Source of the DNA: Marsupella aquatica
Lineage: Eukaryota; Plantae; Marchantiophyta
Assembly (NCBI GenBank): GCA_973895155.1
Contig: OZ316896.1
Location: 7,957,539 to 8,021,538 of the forward strand
Reading direction: 5' to 3'
Length of the DNA: 64,000 nt
The stretch's first letter is position 1. Every line of letters starts with the position of its first letter. This document shows, piece after piece, positions 1 through 12,742 of the stretch. Made by a program: the position numbers and the translations under genes. The notes below the pieces were generated by a model. It saw only the letters and a list, made by a program, of their open reading frames with translations. It was not told the origin of the DNA and did not search any database.

Positions 1-2371
1 GCACATCGGAGAGATGATCAATTTCTTGTGGGTGACATTGCATTGTAACTTGCCGAGGGCAGAGATAGGCAAGGCTCAGGTCTACCTGGCAGAAAGGCCA
101 GACCCAGGCCGGGATTACAACGGGTACCTCCTCAACCAACTAAAGAAGATCTTGAAGGAGGAGCAGCAGGCGATCGGCGTGGGAAGCGTGTCCTGGCTTG
201 GCTATCACATGCCGCTGTTGTGCCGGTATGCCAGAAGTCAAATCTTTGCCCCAGTACTTCCCCTATCGGCAAGGGCACCGGAGGAGGTTCCGGATCAGCG
301 GCCGACAATAGAAGAGCCCAACCAGCCTGCCAGTCCTACGATCGAGCAGGTGTTTCGGCCAAGGAAAGAAGACTTGCCGATGCAGCAATCAGGCATGCAG
401 AATCTGCTGAAAATGCTGGAGAAAGAGAGAATGGCACCAGCAACGGCAACGGCAACGGCACCGGTACGGGACACTGCCCTAGAGGCCGGCCTAAGCCGAC
501 TCAGGAGGGAAAACCCCTTTACCGGAGCCAAGGAGAGAAGGAGGCCGGAACACAAGCCGGGAGTGCGAATGTATGTGGGAGCCTCAAGCCCCGAATCGGA
601 GGCAGAGCAGCCAAAGGCTCCTTCCCGTGGAGAGCAGAGGGAGATGACAGCCTGGAACCCAGAGGAGGAACAAGAGCCCGTGGTCTGTGAGGCCGTTTTT
701 ACGGCAGGACCAGGGGAGCAAAGGGGGAAGCCGGGAGTCCAAGCAGTGGAGGAGGCGTTGGAGGACTACAGCAATGATAACTTCGGCTATGGATCGGATC
801 ATCATGTTCCAGGAGTAAGGACCTGTGGCTGATTTATCCCCATGCTTCCAAGAGTAGTTCGAGGGGACCCCACCCAGCAGAGTAGCCCCGAGTCACCCCC
901 ATTAGAGGTTGCTCCCCCGAGCTTTGACGACATAAAGCAGACGGCACAAGAATTTCAGGAGCGACTTAGGGAGGAAGAGAAAGCAGCCCTAGCTAGGAAG
1001 AAAGATTTGCCAGGAGGAGATTGGCCGGAGGACATCAGGCGGCTTGCCAAAAAAAGAAGCAACCCTCTTGCCACCGTAGAAGAAATCCGCAAGGTAGCTT
1101 GGGAACAGAGGCCGAGGTGGTTGATACCGATGACTTCTACTTACTCCACCTATGCTAAAGATAGAGCCATGGAGTACGGGGAGATGTGTGGGGACCTGGC
1201 GCTCAGCATCTTTGGGGAGGAGTTGGAGCAGGGACCTTTCTTCTAGAGGGAGAGGTTGGAGAAGCACCGATTAGAAGAAGCGGTGGCTTTGGAGAGAAGC
1301 AAGAAGGACGAGGTTATCCGGCGGCTTAGGGAGAAGGAAGCCGAGGTGGAAGTCCTACAGGCGGCCAAGAAAGCCCAAGATGAGCTGCGGATTAAGCGGC
1401 ATGAGCTAAACATCATGCAAGGACAATTGGATGTTGCTCAGTCTGGCAATCAGATTATCAAGGATAAACTGACTCGGACCCAAGGAGAGTTGGCCAGCGC
1501 GGTCAAGGACAGGGAAAAGTGGAAGCAAGAGTTGAGGGACGCAGAGGAGGCCCACTTAACTGCCAACAACCGGGCCATGGCAGAGACTCAGAGAAGGGAG
1601 AGGGCGTTGAAAGGAGAGCTCGAAGATATCCGCGGAGCCCTTGAGCAGAAGGAAGCCGAGTTAGGGAAATCCTATCAAGGGATTATTGCGCTGCAGCAGG
1701 AGCTTGCGTCCCTGACGGCCAGCTTCAAGGCCGACCTGCGTGAAAAGGACGACCAGCTCGACCAGACTTATGCCAAGATGAATAAGATGGAGTCTGAGGT
1801 CATAGCAGAGCTCGACAAGGAGCTAAGAGCAACCCAGGAGGAGAGGGCTACCTTAAAATTGGAATTGGAAGAAGCTAGAAAGGAGCTCCAGGAGGGACGG
1901 AAGGACCTGGAGGAAGCCCAGGAGGAGTTGGAGGAAACCACCAAGAAGATGGAGAACTTACCTCGGCGGGCCAACAACCAAACGGAGCCTCTGAAGAAAT
2001 AGGCCGCAGTATTTAAGTGCTTAGCTTCATCTGGTCCAACTCCAATTGTGGGAACTCCGTTACCAGGAGGGGTACTGGCCGAAAGACAAGCCGAGACACA
2101 CGCCCCGGTGCCGGAGGTAGGTAGCAAGGGGAAGTGACCAGCTGTCGAAATAGGGAAGAAGAAGCGGAAACCTTCTGGGTCTGGGAGTTATACGGCTTCT
2201 CAAGCCGTTGTGACCGAGAAGATAAACCCGACACCAACCTCCGGCATCGACACGGCGGTGCATCCACCAGTCCTAGGAAGTGGGGATGGCAAGGCCAAGG
2301 CCGGGACAACCAGTAGTGAAGCCGAGGTACCAGATCCTCCACTAGAACATGTCGAGGAGGCCGTGGCCGTG
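1..2371 (+). mobile_element. Partial giant LTR (subfamily B) with disrupted LTR-borne ORF (pieces 14-832, 842-1246, 1256-2002)
   Basis: Translated pieces are clearly homologous to the 1207-aa ORF at 34602-38225 (HCNLPRAEIGKAQVYLAERPDP, GGDWPEDIRRLA, coiled-coil block) with in-frame stops. Ends abruptly at ~2371 against reverse-oriented gag. Confidence 0.9.
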
Positions 2372-2868
2372 GCTAGTTCTGAAGTTCCAATGGGTCGAAA
2401 CTCCTTAACAAAGAGTGTTTTGAAGATATCCCAGATGGCTTGATCTTCCACATCTAATGCTCTGTACCAAGGCCTAGCCTCACCCTTGAACAGGCCGGGA
2501 AGAATCTGCATCTTGATGGCCGATTCTCCATTTGCTGCAGCGGTTCCATCGAAATCATCCAACCATTCGTCCGGATCCTCATCTCCTCTCCCATGAAATG
2601 CCTTGTAATGTATGCGCGACCGCTGGCTCAATCTGGTCCCTGGCCTCTCGTCTGGCCGTGCCTCTGGTTCCCCCATGTCGGTTGGAGACTCACTTCTCCT
2701 TACCGACTCTTCTTCTGGTATGTCTTCTTCGATGCCACTTCCAGTTTCGGAGCTACCAGCTCTTTCTGCCCCTCTCAGTCGCTATGTATCATGCCACCCG
2801 GCGAGCTGCTGCAGTCGAGCTCTCTCCCGTTGAATCACTCTTTCTTCCCTCGGCGTAAGGTCAGTCAT
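2372..2868 (-). pseudogene. gag: 5' fragment of Ty3/gypsy gag (family A), truncated
   Basis: Near-identical to the first ~500 nt of the gag ORF starting at 45192 (FHGRGDEDPDEWLDDF...KEFRPIGTSELA); breaks off after TSELA. Confidence 0.9.
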
Positions 2869-2914
2869 TACCTACGCTTTCGTTCTAACTTCATATCTCA
2901 CGGCTTAAGAAATG

Positions 2915-2933
2915 CCCCCTCCATCTAGCGCCA
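2915..2933 (-). promoter_or_regulatory. Primer binding site of truncated family A element
   Basis: TGGCGCTAGATGGAGGGGG on the minus strand, 4 nt inside the LTR end; same as 45127-45145. Confidence 0.75.
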
Positions 2934-2937
2934 AAAA

Positions 2938-5900
2938 TGTGGTGCGTCCCATGGCTCCCTAAACCCAAGAAACCCCCCAGCTCAAGCCGATTCCCGCAGG
3001 TTTCGCGCTTGGCGAGGCCGTTTCCGCGGCTTAGCGGCATGGGACGCTGCTAACCTTCTACTACTACTATTAACATTTTACACACATATACTGGACAGAT
3101 CCTTCATCGGGTCATGAGATATGTAGCCGGCCTAATTTAGGCCTTCCCCTGTCTTCCCCTCCGTCTTGTTAGGTATGTTTGGATTCCGCCGCCGGAATGA
3201 TCCCCAATAGGCTTGGTTAAGCCGCTAAGACCTCTCTCAGCTCGACACATCCAACTCTCACTCCCCTGCTTACTTTCCTTCCTTTTGGTTGATGTGGGCA
3301 CTCTTCACACAAGTTAATGCGACACACAAATAGCAAAATGACTCATTCTGACTGAGTCATACCATGCACTTGCCATACAAACAGTACATCTCATACACAA
3401 GTTCTGCGAACTAAGCCGTGAGGCCAACTCTATTCAGCTCTTAGGCATGAGGAAACATGAATATACACAAGGGTCACTGTATGACTAACCGAGAGCTTCT
3501 CGTACTACTTGATCCCAGCCCGGCTGGTGCAAACTAAAAACTTGCTAAAGAAGAGGCCCTGAGCTCCCCGCTGCCCAGGTACTTATCCTGGTAGTGGATC
3601 CGCCATTCTTTGCATCGTAAGCCTAATCTACTTGCCCGAATCTACCTATGTACAGCAAGGCAGGAGCACAAGTGTTGCTCCTACCAGTGGGACCGCAATC
3701 CCACTAAGCTAAGTGTCAGGGCCGCTCCTGGTCCTGATCCTAATCCTAAACTTGGAGATCAGCGCCCTCCCTGCCCACTCACGCCTCCTCCCTCCACGTC
3801 CGCCCTCCCTAAAAGGAACGGCGCCCTTGCACCGTCACGACACCGGTGGTGGATCCTTAATGGACGCCCCCAACGCTTCCTCCTCAGCCACTGCCGTAGG
3901 CTCATTCTCTGACAGATTACCTGCCCTTGACTGAGTCAACTCTCCATCGGCCTGACTGGGTCCACCATCGGCGTCGGCATCGGCTCGGGAATCGGTTACG
4001 GCCTCAGCCTCGGCTACGGTCTCCCCGGCCTGCTCAAGAGGCGGATCTGGAATACCGGCCTCATTACTGAGTAGTTCGGCTTGGGCCGCACCACCCCCAC
4101 CTGTGATGATAGCGGGATCTATTGCCGTATTCATGCCGGAGGATGGTGCTGGTTCTACCTCCTTGGTCACCACGGCTTGTGGAGTCGGATTACTCCTTGA
4201 CCCTGAAGGTTTCCGCTTTTTCTTCTTTTTTGGTTCGGCAGCTGGTCCCTTCCCCTTCCCACTTACTTCCGGCACTGGTGCAGTTGGCGCGGCTTTTTCT
4301 TCGGCCAGTACCACTCCTGGTAACTTGGTTGCCCCAATTGGAGTTGGGCCTGATGAAGACAAGCACTTAAATACTGCGGCTTGTTTCTTCAGCCGCTCCG
4401 TTTGGTTGTCGGCCCGCCGCTGGAGGTTCTCCATCTTCCTCGTGATTTCCTCCAACTCCTCCTGGGTCTCATCCAGGTCCTTGCATGCCTCCTCTAGTTC
4501 CTTTTGGGCTTCCTCCCGTTCTTGTTTCAAGGTAGTCCTCTCCTCCTGGGTTGCTCTTAGCTCCTTGTCGAGCTCTGCAATGATGACAGACTCCATCTGG
4601 TTCATCTTGGCGTAAGTTTGTTCGAGCATCTCGTCCTTCTCCCTTAGGTTGACCTTGAAGCTGGCCGTCAGGGACGCAAGCTCCTGCTGCAACGCCATAA
4701 TCCCTTGATAGGATTTCCCTAACTCGGCCTCCTTCTGCTCAAGGGCTCCGCGGATTTTCTCGAGCTCCCCCTTCAACGCCCATTCCTTTCTTTGGGTCTC
4801 CGCCATGGCCCGGCTGTTGGCTGTTATGTGGGCCTCCTCTGTATTCTTCAGCTCTTGCTTCCACTTCTCCCTCTCTTTGATCATGTCGGCCAACTCTCCC
4901 TGCGTCTGAGTCAGTTTATCCTTGATATTCTGATTATCAGCCTGCGCGGTGTCCAACTGCCCCTGCATGATGTTCAGCTCATGTCATTTAATCCGCAGTT
5001 CATCTTGGGCTTTCTTGGCCGCCCTTAGATCTTCAATCTCGGCTTCCATCCTCCTAAGCCGCCGAATGACCTCGTCCTTCTTGCTTCTCTCTAAAGCCAC
5101 CGCTTCTTCTAATTGGTGCTTCTCCAACTGCTCCCTATGGAAAAAGGGTCCTACCTCCAACTCCTCTCCAAAGATGCCGAGCGCAAGTTCCCCACACATC
5201 TCACCATACTCCATGGCTCTATTCTTAGCGTAGGTGGAGTAAGTAGAAGTGATCGGCATCGCCCATCGCGGCCTCTGCTCCCAAGCCGTCTTGCGGATCT
5301 CTTCAATCGTGGCTAGAGGTTTGCTTCCTTTTTTGGCTAGCCGCCTGATGTCCTCCGGCCAATCTCCTCCTGGTAAATCCTTTTCCCTAGCCAGGGCTGC
5401 CTCCTCTTCCTGCTTGATTCGCTCCTGAAATTCCTGCACCGTCTGCTTTATGCCGTCGAAGCTCGGGGGAGCAACATCTGGTGGGGGAGACTCAGGGCTA
5501 CTCTGCTGGTTGGGGTCCCCTCGCACTACCCTTGGAAGTGTGGGGACAAACCGGCCACAGGTCCTTACTCCTGGGACGTGATGGTCCGACCCATAGCCGG
5601 AATTATCATGGCTGTAGTCCTCCACTGCCTCCTCTACTTCTTGGCCGTCCGGCTTCTCCCTCTCCTCTTTGTCGGTAGGAGCTTCAGGCAATTCTGCCTC
5701 AGATTCGGAGCTTGAGATTCCCACATACATTCGAACACCTGGCTTGGATTCAGGCCTGATTCTCTCCTTGTCTCCAGCAAAGGGGTTTTCTCTTGTGAGC
5801 CGGTGTAGGCCTACCTCTGTAGTAGTGTCCTGCATTGTTGCCGTTGCCGTTGTTGTTGCCGATGCCGATTTCTTTTCTTTCTCCAGTAGTTTCAGCAGAC

Positions 5901-7578
5901 TCTGCATGCCTGGTTGCTGCATCGGCAAGTCCTCCTTCCTGGGCCTAAACACCTGCTCGATCGTAGGGCTAACAGGTGGTTGAGGCTTCTCAGCCAACGG
6001 CCTCGGCGTTGGAGCTTCCTCGGGTGCCCTTACCTGCAGGGGAAGTACCGGGGCAAAAGTCTGACCTCTGGCATACCGGCACAACAACGGCATGTGATAG
6101 CCAAGCCGCGACACGCTCCCCATGCCGATTACCTGCTGCTCCTCCTTTAAGATCTTCTTCAATTGGTTGAGAAGGTACCCGTTGTAGTCCCGGCTTGGGT
6201 CTGGCCTTTCTGCCAGATAGACCTGTGCCTTGCCGATCTCTGCCCTCGGCAAGTTACAATGCATGGTCACCCGCAAGAAGTCGATCATCTCTCCTATGTG
6301 CGGGTTGGTGCAGGTGTTCCGGAAGAAGCCATTCTTCGTTGATGGCCCGGGGAACGACCGGAACTCCTTGTCAGGCAAGGTCTTCCTGGTATCAACTTTG
6401 GTCTTATTGCCTATCGGCAAGCCAAACACTTCGGCAATTACCTTGGGAGTAAGATAGAAATCCTTCCCATATATCCTCGTGCAATTGGTCTCGGGTTCCC
6501 ATGACCCCACGAATTCTAATAGGTCTGACTCCGGTACCTCCGGCTTCAGCCATGGTAATCTTACAAAGGCCTCTAAGCCGGATCCGGCCATGAAGCCTTG
6601 GTACTTCTTGGTCTGCATGGCCGTGAAGCATGCATCCTCCTCCCGTGCAAAATGTAGTTGCACCTCCACCGGTAGGGTTGCCGCCCAGCCCTTCCAGGTG
6701 TCATCCCTGGTTGGAATGGCCTTGATGGGATCGACCTCCTCCTCTTCGGCTTCTCCCTGCCTCCTGCTCTGCTGCTCGGCTGGCTTCTTTGGTGCCGCCG
6801 ACCTCGTTCTTTTTGCCGGGGTGGCTTCATCGTTGACGGCTCCCTTCCTCTTCATCTCTGCTGCCGTGGAGGTTTCTCCTAGCACCGTTGCCTGGGTCCA
6901 CCTTTCCGTGCTACCCTTTAATTCCCAGTGTATGTCGTTGCAGTTCTTGATGGCCTCTCGGATGCCGACGACGCTGTCTTTGCAAAACAGAAGATCATCG
7001 AGTTGATTGGAAGTAGGCGTCCACAGGAACTCGTCCTTGATGAGTTCACCTCCTAAGAAAGCCGTCTTCTACAGCTCCCACAATCGAGCGAGCTCCTGCC
7101 GTTCTCGAGCTGCCCTTTCTGATTCCTCGTCCTCGTAAGTCTTGATGTACTCAGTTCGAACAGGCATCCCCAGAAATGTGCCGCTTGATTGACGTTGCTC
7201 ATACCCTCCTTAGGTCGATCGTCGGTATCTACTCTCTCCCCGAGTGCTTGCTTAAGCAGCTGACAGTAGTTGGCCTCCCGTAGTCGTCTGCCTAGTTCGT
7301 GCTCGCAAATGAGCCACCATCTCCTGCAAGCGCTCCTTACCCCTCTCCTCTGCCGGTCCTTCTTCCCGTTGATCCTTCCTAGCCGCCGACGCTTAACGCG
7401 CCCTAACCCTAATCAAGTTTTCACCCTCAGCGTCCTTACCTCCGGCCTCGGCCCGGGTTCCATGGTTGCCCCTAATGGTTTATATTTTCCTTGTTTTGTC
7501 CCTATACTAAGGTGTTCCTAGGGTGCCTTCCTGCTTTACCCACTTAACTGGTCGAGTGATTCCTGTCTAGGCATCACA
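2938..7578 (-). mobile_element. Giant 5' LTR (4641 bp) of a truncated family A Ty3/gypsy element
   Basis: Starts TGTGATGCCTAGAC and ends GGACGCACCACA on the minus strand, the same termini as 40511-45122; followed by PBS and gag. Confidence 0.93.
3835..7463 (-). pseudogene. Disrupted LTR-borne ORF (pieces 4984-6885, 3835-4968)
   Basis: Homologous end to end to 34602-38225; small deletion near 7155 and premature stops. Confidence 0.85.
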
Positions 7579-8646
7579 ATAAGTCTGAGTCCGGCACCTC
7601 TGGCTTCAACCATGGTAATCTTACCAAGGTTTCCAAGCCGGATCCGGCCATGAAGCCCTGGTACTTCTTGGTCTGCATGGCCGTAAAGCATGCATCCTCC
7701 TCCCGTGCAAAATATAATTGCACTTCCTCTGGTAGGGTCGCCGCCCAGCCTTTCCAGGTGTCATCCTTTGTTGGAATGGCATTGATGGGATCAACCTCCT
7801 CCTCTTCGGCTTCTCCCTGCCTCCTGCTCTGCTGCTCTGCTGGCTTCCTTGGTGCCGCCGACCTTGTTCTTTTTGCCGGGGTGGCCTCTTCGTTGTTGTT
7901 TCCTTTCCTCTTCATCTTGGCTGCCGTGGATGTTTCTCCTAGCACAGTTGCCTTTGTCCACCCCTCCGTGCTACCCTTCAACTCCCAGTGCACGTTGTTG
8001 CAGCGGTTGATGGCTTCCCGAATGCCGACGATTTTGTCTTCGCAAAACAGAAGGTCATCGAGCTGATTGGCAGTAGGAGTCCACAAGAACTCGGCCTTGA
8101 TGAGTTCTCCTCCTAAGAAGGCAGACTTCTACAGCTCCCACAGTCAAGCGAGCTCCTGCCGTTCTTGAGCTGCTCTCTCCGATTCTTCGTCCTCGTAAGT
8201 CCCAATGTACTCAGTTGCCCGTTCAAATAGGCATCCCCAAAAATGTGCCACTTGATTGACGTTGCTCATACCCTCCTTGACTCGATCGTTGGTATTTGTT
8301 CCCACCCAGAGTGCTTGCCTAAGCAGCTGACAGTATTTGGCCTCCCGTAGTCGTCTGCCCAGTTTGTGCTTGCAAATGAGCCACCATTCCTTGCGAACGG
8401 TCCTTACCCCTCTCCTCCTCCGGTCTTCCCTCCCGTTGGTCACCCCTAGCCGCCGACGCTTAGCGCACCCTAACCCTAATTGTGTTCTCTCCCCTGGCGT
8501 CCTTACTTCCGGCCTCGGCCCGGGTTCCATAGTCACCCTTAATTGTTTATATTTTCCTTGTCTTGTTACTATACTAAGGTGTTTCCAGGGTACACTCCTG
8601 CTTTTACCATGTAAACCGGCCTAGTGATTCCTGGCTAGGCATCATA
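7579..8646 (-). mobile_element. 5' part of a subfamily B giant LTR, interrupted at 7579 by the family A element
   Basis: Degenerate LTR start TATGATGCCTAGCC at 8646. ORF pieces 8144-8536 and 7574-8086 match the N-terminus of the LTR ORF up to EVPDSDLL. Confidence 0.88.
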
Positions 8647-9293
8647 ACTCCACTATTGAGTTAATTACGGACACCTATCTCATTAAGCATCGCAAAACTA
8701 CCCCTTACAATCCACGAGCTAATGGTTTGACTGAAAGAGCTAATGGTATTATGGGCAAGATCTTAAATAAGATGGTGGAATCCCATAAAACTGATTGGGA
8801 TGTGAAGTTACATTCTGCCCTTTGGGCCTATCGTATTGCTGAAAAAATCACCACTCTTTGCACCCCTTTTTATCTCACCTAAGGGTTGGACAGCATTGTA
8901 CCAATTGAGTTCTCTTTTCCTACTGAACGCCTACTGGTTTCTGACCATCTTTCTTCTGATGACAGTCTTGGCTGTCGATTTATTGAAATTAGCAAATTAG
9001 AAGAAGCTCGACTTTTAGCCTTAGATCACACAGTTGTAGTTCAACAGAAGCGCAAACTTATTTATGATAAGAAGCTTCGGCCAGTTCACTTAGATGTTGG
9101 TGACTTAGCGTTAGTTTTTTATTCGCCCTATATGCTATTCCCTGGGAAATTACATACTCATTGGATTGGCCCTTATAAAGTGGAGAAGATATGGGGGAAT
9201 GGGTCTGTTTCCTTAACTACCTTGGATGGTCAGCCTCTTGACACCAGAATCAATGGCTTTAGGATAAAACGTTACTATGATCCTTTCACTTAA
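8647..9293 (+). pseudogene. pol: Ty3/gypsy integrase C-terminal fragment
   Basis: TTPYNPRANGLTERAN, DWDVKLHSALWAYR and GKLHTHWIGPYKV (GPY/F motif); homologous to 50588-51358; stop near 8880. Confidence 0.9.
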
Positions 9294-9627
9294 ACATCCT
9301 CCTGGGACCGGTCGTAGTTTAAGTGGAGGGCAGGGTACATATATGTTAATTGGATAGAGTAGCATAGAATAGTCACAAGTATTTGGAATTTTTGAATTTT
9401 TTTAGCCAGACGCTTTCAGAAGCGTCCATTACCTAACGACGAGTTCAGAAGCGTCCATTATCAAGGACGAGTTCAGAAGCGTCCACTAGGATTTGGTTGA
9501 TTGTTCGACGTGCTTATGGTATGGCGGCGAATTGTGACGTCCCAACGGAACTCTATGGGATACAGCGCGCGCGTCCATAAGAAGGCTCACATAGCTCGAC
9601 GGTAAAGGAGCGACTGCTGACGACGCG

Positions 9628-12059
9628 ATGGCAGAGATGAATGTCACGGCGCGACCAGTGCTTGCTGTAATTCCAACAAAAGCGGCTGACCATCGACAAC
9701 TGAAAGCAAACCTTGCAATGGGCTTGAAGGAGCTGCTGAAGTTTCCTTGGCGTCGCTGTGAATTCAGCCTTGTCGATGAAGGCGTATGGGATGCTGAAGA
9801 CGGAATTGGAATTCGTGCGCGACCTAGCACATGGATGGAGGCACTCATAGCCGATGTCTATTTGATACCAACGATAGGAGAAGATTTATAGAGAATTGAT
9901 GGAGAACCCCGAGTGTATATCGAATCTCTCTTCGCACCTGAGTCTTTCAAGCGGAGAAATGGCTGGTTAGCTGAGGATTGCCTAGATATATATGTGCAGC
10001 ATCTTTTTCATTTCTTGTCTCCGATTTTTTATCCTGAAAGTCAGACTAGAATTACATTGTCATTTGCTGCTACTGTAATATTTTCTTTAGAGCAGCGAAA
10101 GGATATAAACTGGACACAAATTCTCCACAGAGTAATTCATACTCAAGTGAAGAATTTTTGTAGCAGATTGCGAACTGGGAAGCTGAGATATACGAATTTG
10201 ACTCCCTACCTAGCTCATATTTATTATAAGCATAAGTGTCTACTATCATTGGAGAAAGGGCTTTACCGCACTCACAGAGAGAAACCTAGTAGAGAGGTAG
10301 AAGGATTACCTGAAGACCAAGGCAACCATCTCAACACAACATTGGTCGCATTGTGTGAACTGCTGTCTTGTGAAGAAGTTGATCTAGTGAACAAGGATCG
10401 CAGGTTGAAAAACACTCAGGAACCAGTTCATTATGGAGAAAAGGTAGTACTTCTCCAAGATCCAGAGAATCATTCAACTGGAGAATTACCTTCTGCAACT
10501 GCAACAACACTGGAGCAATCTACTCCACCAAGGACATTTCCTACATTATGTAATGATGGTTATTCGCCTCTACACCTCGAAGTTACGAGTTCCCCAAGAT
10601 TGCCTGTGGGCACAATCACTGACGCATTGCAAGAAGAGACGCACCAACAGTACAACATTCCAGAGGATTTACTTGGAGAAGTATTACTAGAGCCCACCTC
10701 ATCTCCGGTTGCTGTAAGTTTCAATGCCCTAGATGCCTTGCAGAATTATGAGTCGGACAATTATACTTGTCAATCACCAGGTACTGAGGAGACACTTTCC
10801 CTACAGTCGCGAGCTAAGTGTGCAGCGGCACCATTTTCAGAAATTATCAGGTTGTTCAAAAATGATTCAGAGGTTAGCATGGTAGATATAGAGAGGTAGA
10901 TGATCAACCGATCCCCCTGAATTCCATACCGATGTACTCTGACAATTCGATGGTAGAAGTGCCACTGGGAATTTCTGAGGAATTATTGGCAACTGTGGGA
11001 AGAATGGGACCTCCCCCATCACCATCAGATCGAGCAATGCCTGAGTTTATAGGAATAGCTGCTTCCGGACCTTTGGATACAACCCCAGCTGTGATACCTT
11101 GCACTTTGCTAGCTTCTCTTCTATTAAATTCAGGGGAGACTAATGCAGCTATGGTGCAACCTTTAGTCACAAGAACATCAATTGACGAGCAGTACCCGAA
11201 GACGTATATTCGACGACCCTCGAAGAGACTGTGCCGAGCTACAACCCAACGACTTACACCTACAGATGACTCACGGATTCTAGAACTCCAGGAACCAACT
11301 CTCCAAATGATGGATAGTTCTCTTCAGCTCTTAAGACCTCAAGTAGACCCAAGGGAACGAGGAGAGCTCCCACCAAGGGAAGTTGAACAGAGAGGTCCTT
11401 CTGCTGATATAATGTCAATTGCAGGCAGAGTACACTCTCCAGTTGTAGAAGTGCAGGAACCCATACTTGACAATGTTACAGAGCTCACGACTCCATTATA
11501 TTCAGAGTGGTCAGCACGACCACCAAGCAAGGAGTCTGTGATACCATCTTTTAATCCAGATGTCATCTTTCGTTGGGTTGGAGCTCCTAGTGATGGTAGT
11601 GGAGATGAAGATCCTCGAATTATCAGGATACCACCCAGACTTCGACATCAAATGTTGCTGCCACCTCCAATTCCTACACCTAATCTTGCTTCCATTCATA
11701 GCTGGGATACGAAAGACTTCCGTTTAGCTTTCCGACATTTGGAGACAGAAAGCATTCGCCAACAACAACAAATTTTAGCTGGCATTTATCAAAAAGGTAT
11801 ATGTACTTTAATTTCTACGTATCAGCCTGGTAAGACTGTTCCTCCAATTGACCGGGCTAGGAGACACAAATTTTCGGAATATGAGATTTGGTGTTGGGTG
11901 TATGTTCTCCGACGAGCGGACACTCCTTTCCCTCCTATAACTTCCGAATACCCCTGGCCCCATAGATATTATGTATGGGTCACACATGAAGGATACGCCA
12001 TCCCGTACAAATATGAGAACGCGCTTGTCAAGTTGAGAGAGCAATTATTACAGAAATAG
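9628..12059 (+). pseudogene. Additional ORF between pol and 3' LTR of family C (unknown function, disrupted)
   Basis: Consecutive ORFs 9628-9891 and 9913-10899 (same frame) and 10932-12059 (shifted frame), ~800 codons in total, no gag/pol motifs. Confidence 0.65.
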
Positions 12060-12742
12060 TGTATGAATCCTAATGCTCAAGGAAGACAGGCAATTCGAGG
12101 ACTAACTTGGCTACCTCTGATTCCTTCATGGCCTGAACTTATTACTATCGGGGTATTAAGTAGATCAGCAAGTACATTGATGTAACGGCTTTTGCATAAG
12201 ATACCAAGAGATATTTTTCCAATCTCAACAAGAAATGAAGCGGTACCATCTGATTTTAAGCGTTCAGACTACTACCAATTTCCTGCTTTAAATCAACATG
12301 TGGGCCGTAAAAGCTGTCATGGATTGCTGTGATCCTCTGCTTCGTGCATTTCAGTACTCCTTTGAAGGACAAATTAAATTGGCTGGATATACTATTCAGG
12401 ATTTTGCTATTGACCGAGGTTCTGGGATCAATCTACTTTCATTTCGAATGTCACATAATCTTGTTCACCAAGAAATTCAACCCATATGTGCTCAGATCTC
12501 AATCGATGGATGATTAATTCAACTTTGGGGCAGAGTAAAACAAGTGCCATTACAAATTGGAGACGAATTTTATGAACTAGACTTTTATATTGTGAATCCC
12601 AATGACAGCCATATTCCATCAATAGTCTTGAGTACCACTTGGATTCCCAAGCCAGAAGATTTTTGATAAGGAATACAGCACTAGTCTTCAAACAGAGTGT
12701 GATTGTCTTGTGCGGACACAGCAAAGTTTAAGTGGAGGGCTA

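Noticed and set aside
2200-2676. 158-aa ORF as a distinct gene
   Set aside because: Chimeric read-through of truncated gag across the 2372 rearrangement junction into antisense LTR sequence.
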